Shown here one piece after another: positions 9,071-20,037 of a stretch of 59,892 nt of DNA (the first letter of the stretch is position 1; each line of letters opens with the position of its first letter). The notes under the pieces are model-generated. The model made no database searches. It saw only the letters and a list, made by a program, of their open reading frames with translations, and had not been told where the DNA came from. This DNA comes from a virus (lineage: Duplodnaviria; Caudoviricetes): positions 1 through 59,892 of IMG/VR virus record IMGVR_UViG_3300021085_000033; one strand, given 5' to 3'. Made by a program: the position numbers and the translations under genes.

Positions 9071-9389
9071 GTATACTGGTGATCTGTTAGGTGTGGACCA
9101 CGCCACAATTATTCACGGCTGCAAGAATACTATAAACTTTATGACTCTAGGTGATAGCGACTATACTAACGCTATGGTAGATTGGAGATTAATCTTTGAT
9201 GAAAACCATATAGATATATCAAATGAGCTTGACGCAAGACAAAGAATTAAGGCTCGCATTGTTAATATCATTAGCGATGGCATCGTAGACCGAGTAATTA
9301 AAGTGGAAGACCGAGAACAAATTTTGACGGAAGTGTTAGAAAGTATGTGTCCCACACCTGAAGAAACAGAAGGGATATCTTTATATTAG
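8868..9389 (+). CDS. DnaA C-terminal (domain IV) HTH-like protein
   Basis: TRKREYVVPRH...TGDLLGVDHATIIHG matches the DnaA_C signature (R..R...IG..F.rDHtTV.h). Confidence 0.7.
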   Translation: MKMEERVKKSVMRSERTKLSRDLVNKLILDYELKHGINVLKKTRKREYVVPRHCLGLILTQKFNMTFKYTGDLLGVDHATIIHGCKNTINFMTLGDSDYTNAMVDWRLIFDENHIDISNELDARQRIKARIVNIISDGIVDRVIKVEDREQILTEVLESMCPTPEETEGISLY

Positions 9390-9430
9390 TACTGTATTAA
9401 ATTACAATTCCCCCTCTCTCTGAAATGATT

Positions 9431-9457
9431 AGACCCCTTACGGGGTCTTTTCATTTT
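9431..9457. terminator. Terminator between convergent operons
   Basis: AGACCCC-TTAC-GGGGTCT followed by TTTCATTTT. Confidence 0.7.
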
Positions 9458-9564
9458 CTCCTACCCTTGCAACAGCTGTTGTCGCATTCTACGGGTCTGT
9501 TCTCACAATATTTTATTGATCCTTTCGGTTGTATTTGAGTCTTCTTCTTTCTCTTATTTGTCAA
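9451..9564 (-). CDS. Possible small Cys-rich basic protein (37 aa, TTG start)
   Basis: MTNKRKKKTQIQPKGSIKYCENRPVECDNSCCKGRRK, read manually. Confidence 0.3.
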   Translation of the reverse strand: MTNKRKKKTQIQPKGSIKYCENRPVECDNSCCKGRRK

Positions 9565-9970
9565 ACTGTTTCATTATTATTTTAAACACTAAGAACGCTA
9601 GCCCCATATATATAGCTAGGTTTTTTATCTTGTCCCACAGCGATTCCTTTTCTACGTACACGATCTTGTCGTAAGGAACCTCAACGATACTAATAATCGT
9701 ATCCGAGTCGCATATGGCGTCTATAGTAATCGTGTCGTTCACCTTTACTATGTTCACTCTCAGCCTGTCCTTCACTAGTGTTATAGTGTCGTGTTGCTTC
9801 ATAATCACAGTATCCGTGATAGCCACAGGTGGGCTGACAACCGTGTCCGTCACAACCAGCGTGTCTTTTTCCAGAATAGTAGGGTCCTTGTGCACCGCTT
9901 TCTTTAAGTGCCATTGAGCGCTGCAACTCGTTAATAACAGCACGAGAGTTAATTTTACCAGCCATTTCAT
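9554..9970 (-). CDS. Lipoprotein with C-terminal TM helix; putative unimolecular spanin
   Basis: Lipobox LLLTSC, beta-rich DT repeats, C-terminal TM segment; directly after the endolysin. Confidence 0.6.
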   Translation of the reverse strand: MKWLVKLTLVLLLTSCSAQWHLKKAVHKDPTILEKDTLVVTDTVVSPPVAITDTVIMKQHDTITLVKDRLRVNIVKVNDTITIDAICDSDTIISIVEVPYDKIVYVEKESLWDKIKNLAIYMGLAFLVFKIIMKQFDK

Positions 9971-10443
9971 CCTACGCTATCAAAGTCTACATATGTTATA
10001 CTCACCGATTGCCCTTCTTCCAACGCCTTAGCAATTGGAGGATAGACTCTTTTATACGCATTAACACTCGCGCCAACCATACCATCGCTAGAGCCAAAGT
10101 TTGCCTGTTGAGAATCACCAAGAAGTAAACACCCAGCAGTGTGTTCGTCAGTATTACCAGTGTGAATAAGGATATACTCAAAGCCAGGCACATCACGTAC
10201 CCATAACATTCCTTTGTGCATTTCACCATATTTTTTAGTATATCTGCCGTGGAATCCGCCTGTTGTTCTTAGTGTTATTTTATACGTGCCAGAAGGTATT
10301 CTAGTCTCACCAGCAATCTTATCTTCGCGATGCTCGTCTTCCAGTGTGTAACACAGAAACTTACGCTTACCACCACTAACGTCAAACAACGCACCATTAG
10401 TGCTGTCTTTTTGACTGCTAAATCTTAGTACCTCTAGCTCCAT
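9967..10443 (-). CDS. Endolysin, DUF5675/L,D-transpeptidase-like
   Basis: CYTLED...RIPSGTY...ILIHTGN...TAGCLLLG. Confidence 0.75.
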   Translation of the reverse strand: MELEVLRFSSQKDSTNGALFDVSGGKRKFLCYTLEDEHREDKIAGETRIPSGTYKITLRTTGGFHGRYTKKYGEMHKGMLWVRDVPGFEYILIHTGNTDEHTAGCLLLGDSQQANFGSSDGMVGASVNAYKRVYPPIAKALEEGQSVSITYVDFDSVG

Positions 10444-10676
10444 TACTCAGCTTTCTTAGCGAACTTCTCGATACCAGAGATACCAAAGCTACCTAGAGTC
10501 ACGATCACAAAGCTGTTGTAAGTAAACTCATTAATTACTAAATCTTTTCCGCAAGCCCCGCTAATAACATCAGCAAGCATAACAACTACCATTACAGCAA
10601 AGGAAAGAAAGCCTATAATAGTTTTCTCGTTCCAGCTGTTGTCGTCTTTAAAAATAGAAACAAACCTTTTCATCAT
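10443..10676 (-). CDS. Putative holin
   Basis: 77 aa with two TM segments; immediately upstream of the endolysin. Confidence 0.6.
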   Translation of the reverse strand: MMKRFVSIFKDDNSWNEKTIIGFLSFAVMVVVMLADVISGACGKDLVINEFTYNSFVIVTLGSFGISGIEKFAKKAE

Positions 10677-13600
10677 CTTCTTCTTAAGTTATTAAATATG
10701 AATCTTTCTTCTTCTTGATCAAAGTTTCTCTTAATGATATCTTTAGCCTTTTTAGATAACTCAGGATTACCTTTAGAAATAGCAATTCTTTTTATAGCGT
10801 AGTAATCTTCCCTTACCGAATCCAAGTGTCTGTATCGCTTATCTATATTTCCGGCATCTTTTAATGGCTTATTACTAGCTATGTCTTTTACACTGTATCT
10901 AAATTGATCTAAGATATTATACTGGTAATCCCTCATAAAAGATCTCTCTCCTATGGTAAGAGATAAGTCTTTAGCTGTTTCTCCTTCCGTAAATAAATCA
11001 ATAGCGTTCTTTTCATTCTTAGAAACCACGTCTCTATATGACGAAGAGATAAACGGTGGAACAATAAATGTCTTAGCTGTATAGCCTAGGAAAGCCAGCG
11101 CGTTTTCAACAGCGGTATCTGACTTGTCAAACAACTTTCTACCATATATGTCTTCTCCTTTTACAGCTCTGAATATATAATCAGCAGCAATGTTTGGACG
11201 AATAAAAGTATTAAGCAAAGATCCCCATCCTGCTGGAGAGGTTAAATCACCTACCGTCCCGTATGGATCTTCAGAGGAGTAGTTGTATACACGTACATCA
11301 CCATTCTTTTTAATAGACTTAACGATTAGTGACTGACCTTTCATCCATTCTGGAGACACTCTTTTAGCATCTTCAGCTAGCTCTTCATCTTCATCGTCTA
11401 AGAATAACTCTTGGAATCCTTCAACCATAGCATACTTTAGTGCCAATGCACTCAGTGTACCCACAAGTCTTTTTCCTGCTGAAGCTTTATATGCTTTTGT
11501 TTGCTCTTCGTTTAGTTTGTTCCCATTCTTATCTACGCCATTTATGGCGATCTTCATATCCTCAACGCCGTTTAAAATGTTGCTAGACATACTACGTATA
11601 GATTCAAACTGGAACGACACGAAGTCACCAACTATAGGTATTACAGCTAGCTTGTCGTAGAACTTAGGAAGTCTAGAGAACGTAGGTGTATTTTGTTTCA
11701 CAAATTCTGCTGCATCATCGTGAACCCTGTCCTTCTGAGCTTCAGTTAAGCTTTCATACTCTTTACCGTAAATCTTCATAGCAAAGGATTCAACTTCCAT
11801 ACGGAAGATAACAAGCTTAGTGTAGTCATCTACAGCTGAGTATTTCTCTTGAAGAAACTTATCAAAGTTAGATAGACTAGAGTATACCTTTTTAAAAGCT
11901 CTTTTATAAGCCTTTTCATCTCCATCATACATATACTGATAAGCCGCATCATTAATGCCAATTAGCTGTGCATCAACGTTTGCACCAAGTAGACCTTTTT
12001 TACCCATAACTTTAAGCCAAGCTTTTGTTTGGGGGTCAGTCATAATCTTATCGCTATTCACCGTTAGTGTAAGGCGATCTTTTAAATCCTTGTACATTCT
12101 AGGATTAGCGAGAACACCATTGACTAGCATAAAATACCAACCACCTGTAAGGTTCTTTCTCCAAGTGGGTATGTTCCAAATAACTTTAGACTTACGACCT
12201 ATCTTCAATAAAGAGAAATAGGCTTGAAGCCAAGCCTTATCAGACTCATACAAAGGCTTTCTATCAAAGATGTTCATAATCTCCTCGTGTACATACTTAC
12301 CATTTAAAGGTGAGTAAGGGTCCTTTACAAACTTGTATAGAGGTGCCTTTGCTGGATCTGGCTCTGAGTCTAGTATATATTCATCCCAAACACCCTGAGA
12401 CATATCAAGAAGACCCTGAACCATACGTCCTTTATATAGTATGTTTGCCTGAGCCTGTACTGTAGCAGAGAATCTAGTCACCGGGTCTTTCTCTACCCCT
12501 AACAGTTCCTGTATGTGATAAGCGATATCCTTTTTCATCTGAAATGATGAGCTAGGAATTCTAATATCAGCTCCAGTTACCGAAGGTGCTTTTTTAATAT
12601 TTTCTAGTTTGTTTATATACAGGTCAATAGACTCGTGAGCTTGCTTGTTTATATCGCTAATAGAGTCTTGTATTGTTTGATCAATTTCCTCTTCACTCAA
12701 TCCTGCTTTCTTGAGTACAGCTAGCTGTCTAGCGACAATCATATCACGCTCAGCTTGTATAGCTTTTTTTCTTGCTTTGTCTTTGATCTTATACTTCTTG
12801 TCTGTAAAGAATCTGTACCTTGTTTTAAGGTATGTACCAGCGTTGTTTGTTATGGCAAACTTAAGCTCTGTTGCTAAAGTCTCAAATGCTGGGTCATCTA
12901 CTATTTGGTTTCCAAAAGACTCTACCATAGCATCAGCATCTCTTAACAAATCTAGTATTCTCACACCTTTACTTGTCTTGCTTAGCTTTTTAGAAATAGC
13001 TGTTCTATCAATTCCCTCCATATAATCGGACATCATATCAAGAGTTTCTTTGTCTTTAGCTAGCCTGCGTAGGTTTTTAGATATTTCACGTCCCTCTTTT
13101 ACAGCTAGGGTTACCTGCCCTTCTTTAGATTCAAAAAGTATACGAGCTTGTTTCTCTATATTTGTCCATACAAATTGGCTAGCAATCTTTTGGAATATAT
13201 TCTTCTTGTATACCGAAGGCTGAATATCCATATCATCCAGCTCTAATTGGAATCTTACGGGATCGCCATTAGCGTCTTTATATCCAGACACCTCAAACGC
13301 CATATCGTTTCTGTCTGCATACAATACATCTTTAGCGTAAACTAAACCGCCTATCTGAACCACTTCACTTGCTCCTACTACAGGCTTACCATTTCTCCTA
13401 TCGTAGAAGTAGCTGTGACGGAATGGGTTCATTCCAATCTGTCTCCAAGGTGAGCCCTTGCGAGCTGCACCCGGATAGCTGTTCTCTATGGCGACAATCT
13501 CCTCAACTTTCTTGACAGCTGCAGCATCCTTCTCTTCTTTAGTCTTACCCTCAAAGTTTTTCCATTCACCGTGCATACGAGCAATAGTACTCTTGTTTTG

Positions 13601-16600
13601 CTTTTCAAGGGTGTCCATATTTTTACCAGCGGCAATAAAGGCAGCGATTTTAGGATTGCTACCAAACTGTACATTGGTTGCCCAAGCGACAGATCCATAG
13701 GTTAACGACTTGCCTGAAGCTCCTTTATCGTGTACGGATACTATCCATATATTTCTATTCTTGTATGCAGGAATATCTAAACGTAAGCCTACAATTGTTC
13801 CGTCTTCTAGCTCTACGTTCAACAGCTTACCCTTGTTACTATCAAGTGCATCCGCCATATCCTTAGTAGACGCAGGCAGAAAGAACTTAGTGATAGCTTC
13901 AATAGGTTGTGCAATACGAACTGTTTCTTGGTATTCAGCATTGGTAATCTTACCCTGTAGTAATTCAAGTGCTGCACTTTGTACAGGTGTAGCCCTGTTT
14001 ACAATCGCTGGGTTTACCTGACCCTTACCGAACAAGCTAGCCTGCCAGTCTATCTGTTCTCTAGCTATAGATAAATCTTTACCCTCGTATATAGCACCAA
14101 CATCGCCAACAGCTGTCTTTATCATTACGGGTGTACCCGGCTTTTCAATAGATAGACCTGTCTTCTTAGATATTACAGTTTTACTTTCCTCAGGAACTAC
14201 GTCTAACACGTAGTTCTTTTTACTAGGCATTCCTACAACCTCTCCTAATATAGCGTGAGGATACGTGTCGTGAATATTAGCCTCAGCCTCTACACCCTCA
14301 GGTTTAATTATAAGAGACATATCTCCATTAGAGTATTCATTCTTTTTCAAGAACTCATCTCTAATTAATTCGTGGAATTCGTTTAGCTTTGGTACACCAA
14401 GATCCTCGTGCAAGAACTTGTGTATGTCTAGATTCATTTTAACTGTTGTGCCAGCATTAAGAAGGTCAGAAGCAATCTTTGTTCTAATGGGATGGTCTAC
14501 AACCTTAACCCCTTTCTCTAAAGCACTCTTAACAGCTGACCACTTCTTACTCTTGTCATCCTTTAATATGTTTAGAGCTATCTTAGTAAACTCTTCATAG
14601 CTACCTTCTTTTATTTCAACGCCATTGTATGTCTGCCCTATTAACTTAGACATACCTGCTTCTATCTCTGCTATAATAGTTTTAGTTGTCCCCTTAGAAA
14701 AGTTGAAACTACTTTTCTCAGAGCCTGCCATAAACCAAATGAAGTCAGCCTTAGCAACTCTTTCGTTTAGTGTCTTTATACTTAATCCAGAAGCCCAAGC
14801 TATCTTCTTAGCTTTGTTATCCTTATCATAAGCGAATCCAACACCACCCTCTAAGTTAGTTGTTACACCTGTCTTCTTATTGTTATAACTACCTCTCTTG
14901 AGCTGATCAGACATCCATATCCAAACGTTAGGCTCTCTATTGTTTTTCTTTTTGAAGTCGCTAAAAAGCTTCTTGACATCTACAAGGTCGGATTTCTTTA
15001 TATAGGTACCCTCTGTTTTTATCTGCTGTCTAGAAGTCTTTACATCTGTAGAAGATATCTCAACAGGGCTATCCGTCAAAGGTTGGGTTTGATCCAATAC
15101 CTTTTCCTTAGCTGTCGGGTCTACACGTCCCTGTAGTGCATCAACAAAACCGTTAATAAAGTTTAGGGCGTCCTCTCTAGTTTTAATCTTATCAACAAGG
15201 TTCTTATCTACTATACCAATCTTGGATAGAAACTTAACAACAGCTGCTCTAATCTTATCTATAAAGGATAACTGTTTTGCTTTTGGCATACCCTCTGAAG
15301 CTGTAGATAATAAACCTACATACTGAGCTAGGAACTCCTCGGCTATTAACGCGTCTTCTTTAGTTTTTCCTTCACCGTATACTTTCCTCTCAATGTACCG
15401 GTCTCTAAATGCCGCTAGCTCTTTAGCGAGTTCACGCTCGCTATTAGAGCCTTTGTTAAGCTCGTTCTCTATCGCGTTAGTGAATTGTACAATCTTCTTA
15501 TCATCCATCCTTACAGATGAGATATAAGCGTGCAGCATCTCGTGAGGCAGCGTGCTCATATCAGCGGAATCAATATTTACAACTATGGTATTATCAAAGT
15601 ATGAACCCTTAGATGCAAATGAATCTTTTCCTGTCTTGTAAGACCTGTAAGCAACAGAGTCGCTTTGGTTAAAGAACAACACCTTTACTCTTCTCGCTCC
15701 TGAAGACTTTAGTATCTTCTCAAAGTTATTAACCATAGCGGTTAACTGCTCTCCTTGTTTAGCTGTGAATCTCTTTGCGCTAGCTGTTCCTTCTTTGCCT
15801 ATGTCTTCAACCTTAATAGCTCTAGACATCAACCCTTCTATAGGATCAATCTCAGGCTTAGGATCTGCAATACCAGACATAGAAGCTACGTGCTGAGCAT
15901 ACTCTTTGGTGTTCTTTTCAAACTTGCCTATGTTAGGCATCTTGCTTATCTGCTCGTTAGAAACAAATATCTCACCCCCCTGTTCTTTCATACGACCAGT
16001 ATCTTCGGTGGTCTTAAAGGTTATACCTTTATCACCGTACTCAATGGTCATCTTACCTGTCTGAACATTTCTTGGGTCTGTAGTTGGACCGCTTTTGGTA
16101 AGCGGCTTAACAGAACCGTTCTCCTCTAGAAGAGTTATCTCTACTTCTTCAGTTTTTATCTGTTGCTTTGCTTGTTTCTTCGGTGCTGGTTTTTTCTTAG
16201 CTGTGGGCTGGGGAGCACTAAGCTTAGCTATTCTTTTTTTAGACTTTCGTATATCAGACTTTAAAGCATTGATATCTTCTTTGTAGATGCCAATGTTTCC
16301 ATTTATCTCATCAACATTGTCTTGAAGCTCTGCTCTGATCTCCTCTATCTTCTCGGCTTTCTGTTCCTTGGATAGTTTAGATTTACGAACAGCTGCAATA
16401 TCTTCTTTAGCCTTGTCCTTAGCTTCTTTAATGTTGCCTTTTTCAATAGTGATCTCTTCGTTAAGATCCTCAATACGAAATTCAGCATCCTCAATTGTAT
16501 TTTCTTCAACACCTATAGTCTCAGTATCAATTTCCTGTACAGGTTCTGCCTTAGCTGTTGGTTCTTCTTTAGCTAATCTTTTCTTAAGAGTTTTTACCGC

Positions 16601-18796
16601 TGGTCCATATGACTTATCACTAACCCTAGTGATTGTTCCATCCTCTTCTTGTTTAACCTCAAAGAATGAATTAATGTTTTTGTCTTTTAGTGGATACCTA
16701 GCAAAGAATCTTGTGTTTCCTTCACTGTCTTTTTGAGATACTACATCTTGAGGTTTAATCTCAGCATCTAAAGGTATTGAAGGCGTCTTAGGCTGCTCAA
16801 CCACTGTTTCTTCAGCAGCTGCTTCTTTATCCTCTTGGACAGGCTTTTCTACAACCTCTTCTGCTGTATCTACTTCAGCAGGAGCTTCTTCAGCAGGAGC
16901 TTCTTCGGTAGGAGCTTCAGCTGTCTTTTCTGTTGGCTCAGCGTCACGATACTTATTCTCTATTTCAATAATGGAGTTGGTAAGCTCTTGTACCTTCTTT
17001 GTATCTTTATCTGCAACGGCAGTCTTTAACTGTTCCTCAAGATCAGATACAGCTTTTTTATCTTCTTCAGAAAAGATTTCTCTGTCTATTTTTACTTCCT
17101 CTGTTTCTTTAACTTCTTCATCAAGTTCAACAGCCCTATCACCTCTGTCAGAGAATTCTATATCTTGACCGAACTCTTTATACTTAGCGTCAAACTCTTC
17201 AAGCTTGTCGTTAATAGCCTCCTTGACAGCCTGCTGTGCATCACCTGTTAGGCTTCCGTCAGAGTATTTTGCGTTCAGCTCTTCTATCTCCGTGCCTAGT
17301 TCAGACAGCTGTGATAGCTGTGCTTCATCAGCACCTCTAAGCTCAGACATTGTTCTCATCTGAAGGTTAGCCTTTCTGCGTTGCAGCTGACCTATTAGCT
17401 TATCTATAGACTTGTCTTTACCAAACTCTGAGCTTTCTTTTAAAGAAGCTATCTTAGCATTGATCTGCTTAATCTGTCCTGCGTTACGGTATTGAGACGC
17501 AGCAACAACATCTTGAAACCTCTTAGGGTCTTTCTTAGCGAGCTTAAGTAAGCTCTTCTGAGCCTCTGTAATGTTACCACTACCCTCTAGATTCTTAGAT
17601 ACACCGTCCATAAAAGACTGTGCCTTAGACCCTCCTGTGGATACTATCTTAGAAGTAGGATCTGCAAGCGTTTCTAATAATACATCACGCAACGAAATCT
17701 CTTGCCCTGCGGCTAGTGAACCTAACGCTTCACCAGTACCACCAGCAAGTGACTCTACTGTTGTTTCTACAACGTCTTTGTATAATATTTTGCGACCAGC
17801 TTTTGACGACTGCTCTATAACTTCTTCAGCTGTTCCCTTTGCTAGTTGCTCAATAATCTCTTCACCAACTTCACCTACTATCTTCTTTGAGACTTTACCA
17901 GCAACACCACCTGAGATACCGTCTATAAGACCAATAACTCCAGCTCTCTTAGCTGCTTTAGACTTGATTTTCCCAATAAGCTCCTCGTTAGCAAAAGCTT
18001 GCTTTAACTCTTTAGCATCTGTAATGTCTATACCCTCTTCATCAAGCATAGCCATAATAGTAGTACCGTATTCATTGATAGCAGACGTTGCAAACGCAAA
18101 GCCACCAGCAGCACCTACAGCTGTACCTATACCGGGTACAACCGTTCCAGCCGCAGCCCCCGTACCTACAGAAGCAGCTGTCAATGGAGTTTCAGCAGCA
18201 GCTCCCATAGAGATGAAAGACTCAGGAAGCGTTCTACCTAGGTCGTACATAAACCCTACAAAGCCATCATTCTTATTATAAAAGAAGTCCCCTTCCTTAG
18301 GCTGGTTTTGTTGAATAACCTTCTGAATATCTGCGATCTCTTCAAAGTCTACACTTCTAAGACCAGCATCAGATTCAGCTAATAAGATACCTGTTTTTGC
18401 AGCAGCTACAGAACGATTAACCATCTTGTTACCGTACTCTGGATTTTCTTTTAGAACTTCCATTAAGGTAGGCTGGTCTCTAAGTACTCTACTTTCAGAT
18501 AAGTCTAAAGGACCTGTACCAATTGGAGATGTTTCAGATAGATAATCTAAGAAAGATTTTTTATGCTGCTTAACTTCAGGAGTTTCCTCTGGAGATACTG
18601 ATTCGCCAACCGAAGATACTGAAGGAGTAGACTCTTCTTTTTTTTTTGGCTCTTCAAAAGATACAATGTTTTCGTACTCTGGATACTTGGCTACTATTTT
18701 TTTAGCCAATTCAACATCATCGATGTCATTGTATTCAGGATACTTCGCTTTTACTTTCTGAGCGAATTCATATACTGTAAGCTGCTTATCTGACAT
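10673..18796 (-). CDS. Giant internal virion/DNA-ejection (polyvalent) protein with zincin HExxH motif
   Basis: 2707 aa; Gly/Ala-rich membrane-like N-region, coiled coils and LPHEMLH; last of three ejection-type genes. Confidence 0.7.
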   Translation of the reverse strand: MSDKQLTVYEFAQKVKAKYPEYNDIDDVELAKKIVAKYPEYENIVSFEEPKKKEESTPSVSSVGESVSPEETPEVKQHKKSFLDYLSETSPIGTGPLDLSESRVLRDQPTLMEVLKENPEYGNKMVNRSVAAAKTGILLAESDAGLRSVDFEEIADIQKVIQQNQPKEGDFFYNKNDGFVGFMYDLGRTLPESFISMGAAAETPLTAASVGTGAAAGTVVPGIGTAVGAAGGFAFATSAINEYGTTIMAMLDEEGIDITDAKELKQAFANEELIGKIKSKAAKRAGVIGLIDGISGGVAGKVSKKIVGEVGEEIIEQLAKGTAEEVIEQSSKAGRKILYKDVVETTVESLAGGTGEALGSLAAGQEISLRDVLLETLADPTSKIVSTGGSKAQSFMDGVSKNLEGSGNITEAQKSLLKLAKKDPKRFQDVVAASQYRNAGQIKQINAKIASLKESSEFGKDKSIDKLIGQLQRRKANLQMRTMSELRGADEAQLSQLSELGTEIEELNAKYSDGSLTGDAQQAVKEAINDKLEEFDAKYKEFGQDIEFSDRGDRAVELDEEVKETEEVKIDREIFSEEDKKAVSDLEEQLKTAVADKDTKKVQELTNSIIEIENKYRDAEPTEKTAEAPTEEAPAEEAPAEVDTAEEVVEKPVQEDKEAAAEETVVEQPKTPSIPLDAEIKPQDVVSQKDSEGNTRFFARYPLKDKNINSFFEVKQEEDGTITRVSDKSYGPAVKTLKKRLAKEEPTAKAEPVQEIDTETIGVEENTIEDAEFRIEDLNEEITIEKGNIKEAKDKAKEDIAAVRKSKLSKEQKAEKIEEIRAELQDNVDEINGNIGIYKEDINALKSDIRKSKKRIAKLSAPQPTAKKKPAPKKQAKQQIKTEEVEITLLEENGSVKPLTKSGPTTDPRNVQTGKMTIEYGDKGITFKTTEDTGRMKEQGGEIFVSNEQISKMPNIGKFEKNTKEYAQHVASMSGIADPKPEIDPIEGLMSRAIKVEDIGKEGTASAKRFTAKQGEQLTAMVNNFEKILKSSGARRVKVLFFNQSDSVAYRSYKTGKDSFASKGSYFDNTIVVNIDSADMSTLPHEMLHAYISSVRMDDKKIVQFTNAIENELNKGSNSERELAKELAAFRDRYIERKVYGEGKTKEDALIAEEFLAQYVGLLSTASEGMPKAKQLSFIDKIRAAVVKFLSKIGIVDKNLVDKIKTREDALNFINGFVDALQGRVDPTAKEKVLDQTQPLTDSPVEISSTDVKTSRQQIKTEGTYIKKSDLVDVKKLFSDFKKKNNREPNVWIWMSDQLKRGSYNNKKTGVTTNLEGGVGFAYDKDNKAKKIAWASGLSIKTLNERVAKADFIWFMAGSEKSSFNFSKGTTKTIIAEIEAGMSKLIGQTYNGVEIKEGSYEEFTKIALNILKDDKSKKWSAVKSALEKGVKVVDHPIRTKIASDLLNAGTTVKMNLDIHKFLHEDLGVPKLNEFHELIRDEFLKKNEYSNGDMSLIIKPEGVEAEANIHDTYPHAILGEVVGMPSKKNYVLDVVPEESKTVISKKTGLSIEKPGTPVMIKTAVGDVGAIYEGKDLSIAREQIDWQASLFGKGQVNPAIVNRATPVQSAALELLQGKITNAEYQETVRIAQPIEAITKFFLPASTKDMADALDSNKGKLLNVELEDGTIVGLRLDIPAYKNRNIWIVSVHDKGASGKSLTYGSVAWATNVQFGSNPKIAAFIAAGKNMDTLEKQNKSTIARMHGEWKNFEGKTKEEKDAAAVKKVEEIVAIENSYPGAARKGSPWRQIGMNPFRHSYFYDRRNGKPVVGASEVVQIGGLVYAKDVLYADRNDMAFEVSGYKDANGDPVRFQLELDDMDIQPSVYKKNIFQKIASQFVWTNIEKQARILFESKEGQVTLAVKEGREISKNLRRLAKDKETLDMMSDYMEGIDRTAISKKLSKTSKGVRILDLLRDADAMVESFGNQIVDDPAFETLATELKFAITNNAGTYLKTRYRFFTDKKYKIKDKARKKAIQAERDMIVARQLAVLKKAGLSEEEIDQTIQDSISDINKQAHESIDLYINKLENIKKAPSVTGADIRIPSSSFQMKKDIAYHIQELLGVEKDPVTRFSATVQAQANILYKGRMVQGLLDMSQGVWDEYILDSEPDPAKAPLYKFVKDPYSPLNGKYVHEEIMNIFDRKPLYESDKAWLQAYFSLLKIGRKSKVIWNIPTWRKNLTGGWYFMLVNGVLANPRMYKDLKDRLTLTVNSDKIMTDPQTKAWLKVMGKKGLLGANVDAQLIGINDAAYQYMYDGDEKAYKRAFKKVYSSLSNFDKFLQEKYSAVDDYTKLVIFRMEVESFAMKIYGKEYESLTEAQKDRVHDDAAEFVKQNTPTFSRLPKFYDKLAVIPIVGDFVSFQFESIRSMSSNILNGVEDMKIAINGVDKNGNKLNEEQTKAYKASAGKRLVGTLSALALKYAMVEGFQELFLDDEDEELAEDAKRVSPEWMKGQSLIVKSIKKNGDVRVYNYSSEDPYGTVGDLTSPAGWGSLLNTFIRPNIAADYIFRAVKGEDIYGRKLFDKSDTAVENALAFLGYTAKTFIVPPFISSSYRDVVSKNEKNAIDLFTEGETAKDLSLTIGERSFMRDYQYNILDQFRYSVKDIASNKPLKDAGNIDKRYRHLDSVREDYYAIKRIAISKGNPELSKKAKDIIKRNFDQEEERFIFNNLRRR

Positions 18797-18798
18797 AA

Positions 18799-20037
18799 TT
18801 ATGGCAATAGTATTCCTAGACGATCATTGCTATTTGCAGATGACCCGTTTTCTTCTTGCGAAGATACGTAATTTCTAGAAGCTGTTGGTCTATAGTAGTC
18901 TATTGCGCCTTTGCTTTTAGAGTTTATGAAGCTAATATCTTTATCCGTAGCCTCTCTAGTTTCGTACTCTTTTTCTTTTACAGTTTTAAACTCTCCGTCG
19001 ACTACTTTGTCTACTTCAACAACTCTAGCCTCAGTAACATAAACCCTACCATCTTCATCATATCCAAATGACTCTATGTCATCTATCTTTGAAGGCATAG
19101 GATACATAGTTAATCTAGACACGTTTGAAGGGGGTCTAAATAAATCAACTGTAGATTCCGGATATGGCTGTAGCATTTGGAAGCTCTTATCTATAGATCC
19201 TCTACCATCCTTGTCGTCTTTCTGTTTGAGATCACTAGGCAATACTTTCATATAGTTCTCTACTAGCTCCTGCTTGTACTTCTCTATAAACTCTTCTCTT
19301 TTTTCTTCAGGCTGGTTACGCAAGAATTCTAGCTCCTCCATAGTGTTAAGAGTACCATCTTCACCGCCAGCAAATCCATTACGAATACCGCCCCAAGCCA
19401 TTGCCTTTTCTACAGAAGACTCATTGGCATTAATAAAAGAATCAGCAAGACTCTCCGCATATCTACGAGCAGAGGTAGCGTTTAGCTGTCCTGTATCATT
19501 GTAGAAATCTTTTATCTTGGCTGAGCTCATCTGAGCCATTTTCTGAGCCTGATCTACAGGATTAGCTAGATCGTATTTCATAGACTTAGCAACGACAAAT
19601 GGTTCTTGTACAGCTAATACAATATCATCAGCTGTTCGCTTTGTACGTCTGTACTCATCAGATAACGATAAGAATTCCTGACCACTAATAGAGTACTTAC
19701 TAGGGTCTGCTTTATATGCAGCAACCTGAGACCGATATTGATCAGCGTTAGCTATAGCTGTGCCTGCTAATTGTGCGTACGCGCCGTAAGCCTCATCAGC
19801 CTTTCTGCGAGCACCTCTATCTCCTGACTCTACAGCACTATCTAATTCTTGTTGATATGCATCCCAAGCTTCTTGAACAGCTGGTTTATCTCCTTCTAGG
19901 TATGCCCCCTCCTTCTTCTTGTTGGAGTCAACCCAATCGTTCATCTCATTGATGTTTTGACGCTTCTGCTGCATAGCATTTTGTGCCATTCCCCCGAAGT
20001 CAGGTGTCTTGATTATATTTGATGGTACAAATTCCAT
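18799..20037 (-). CDS. Putative internal virion (ejection) protein
   Basis: Helical 412-aa protein between two ejection-type genes. Confidence 0.55.
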   Translation of the reverse strand: MEFVPSNIIKTPDFGGMAQNAMQQKRQNINEMNDWVDSNKKKEGAYLEGDKPAVQEAWDAYQQELDSAVESGDRGARRKADEAYGAYAQLAGTAIANADQYRSQVAAYKADPSKYSISGQEFLSLSDEYRRTKRTADDIVLAVQEPFVVAKSMKYDLANPVDQAQKMAQMSSAKIKDFYNDTGQLNATSARRYAESLADSFINANESSVEKAMAWGGIRNGFAGGEDGTLNTMEELEFLRNQPEEKREEFIEKYKQELVENYMKVLPSDLKQKDDKDGRGSIDKSFQMLQPYPESTVDLFRPPSNVSRLTMYPMPSKIDDIESFGYDEDGRVYVTEARVVEVDKVVDGEFKTVKEKEYETREATDKDISFINSKSKGAIDYYRPTASRNYVSSQEENGSSANSNDRLGILLP

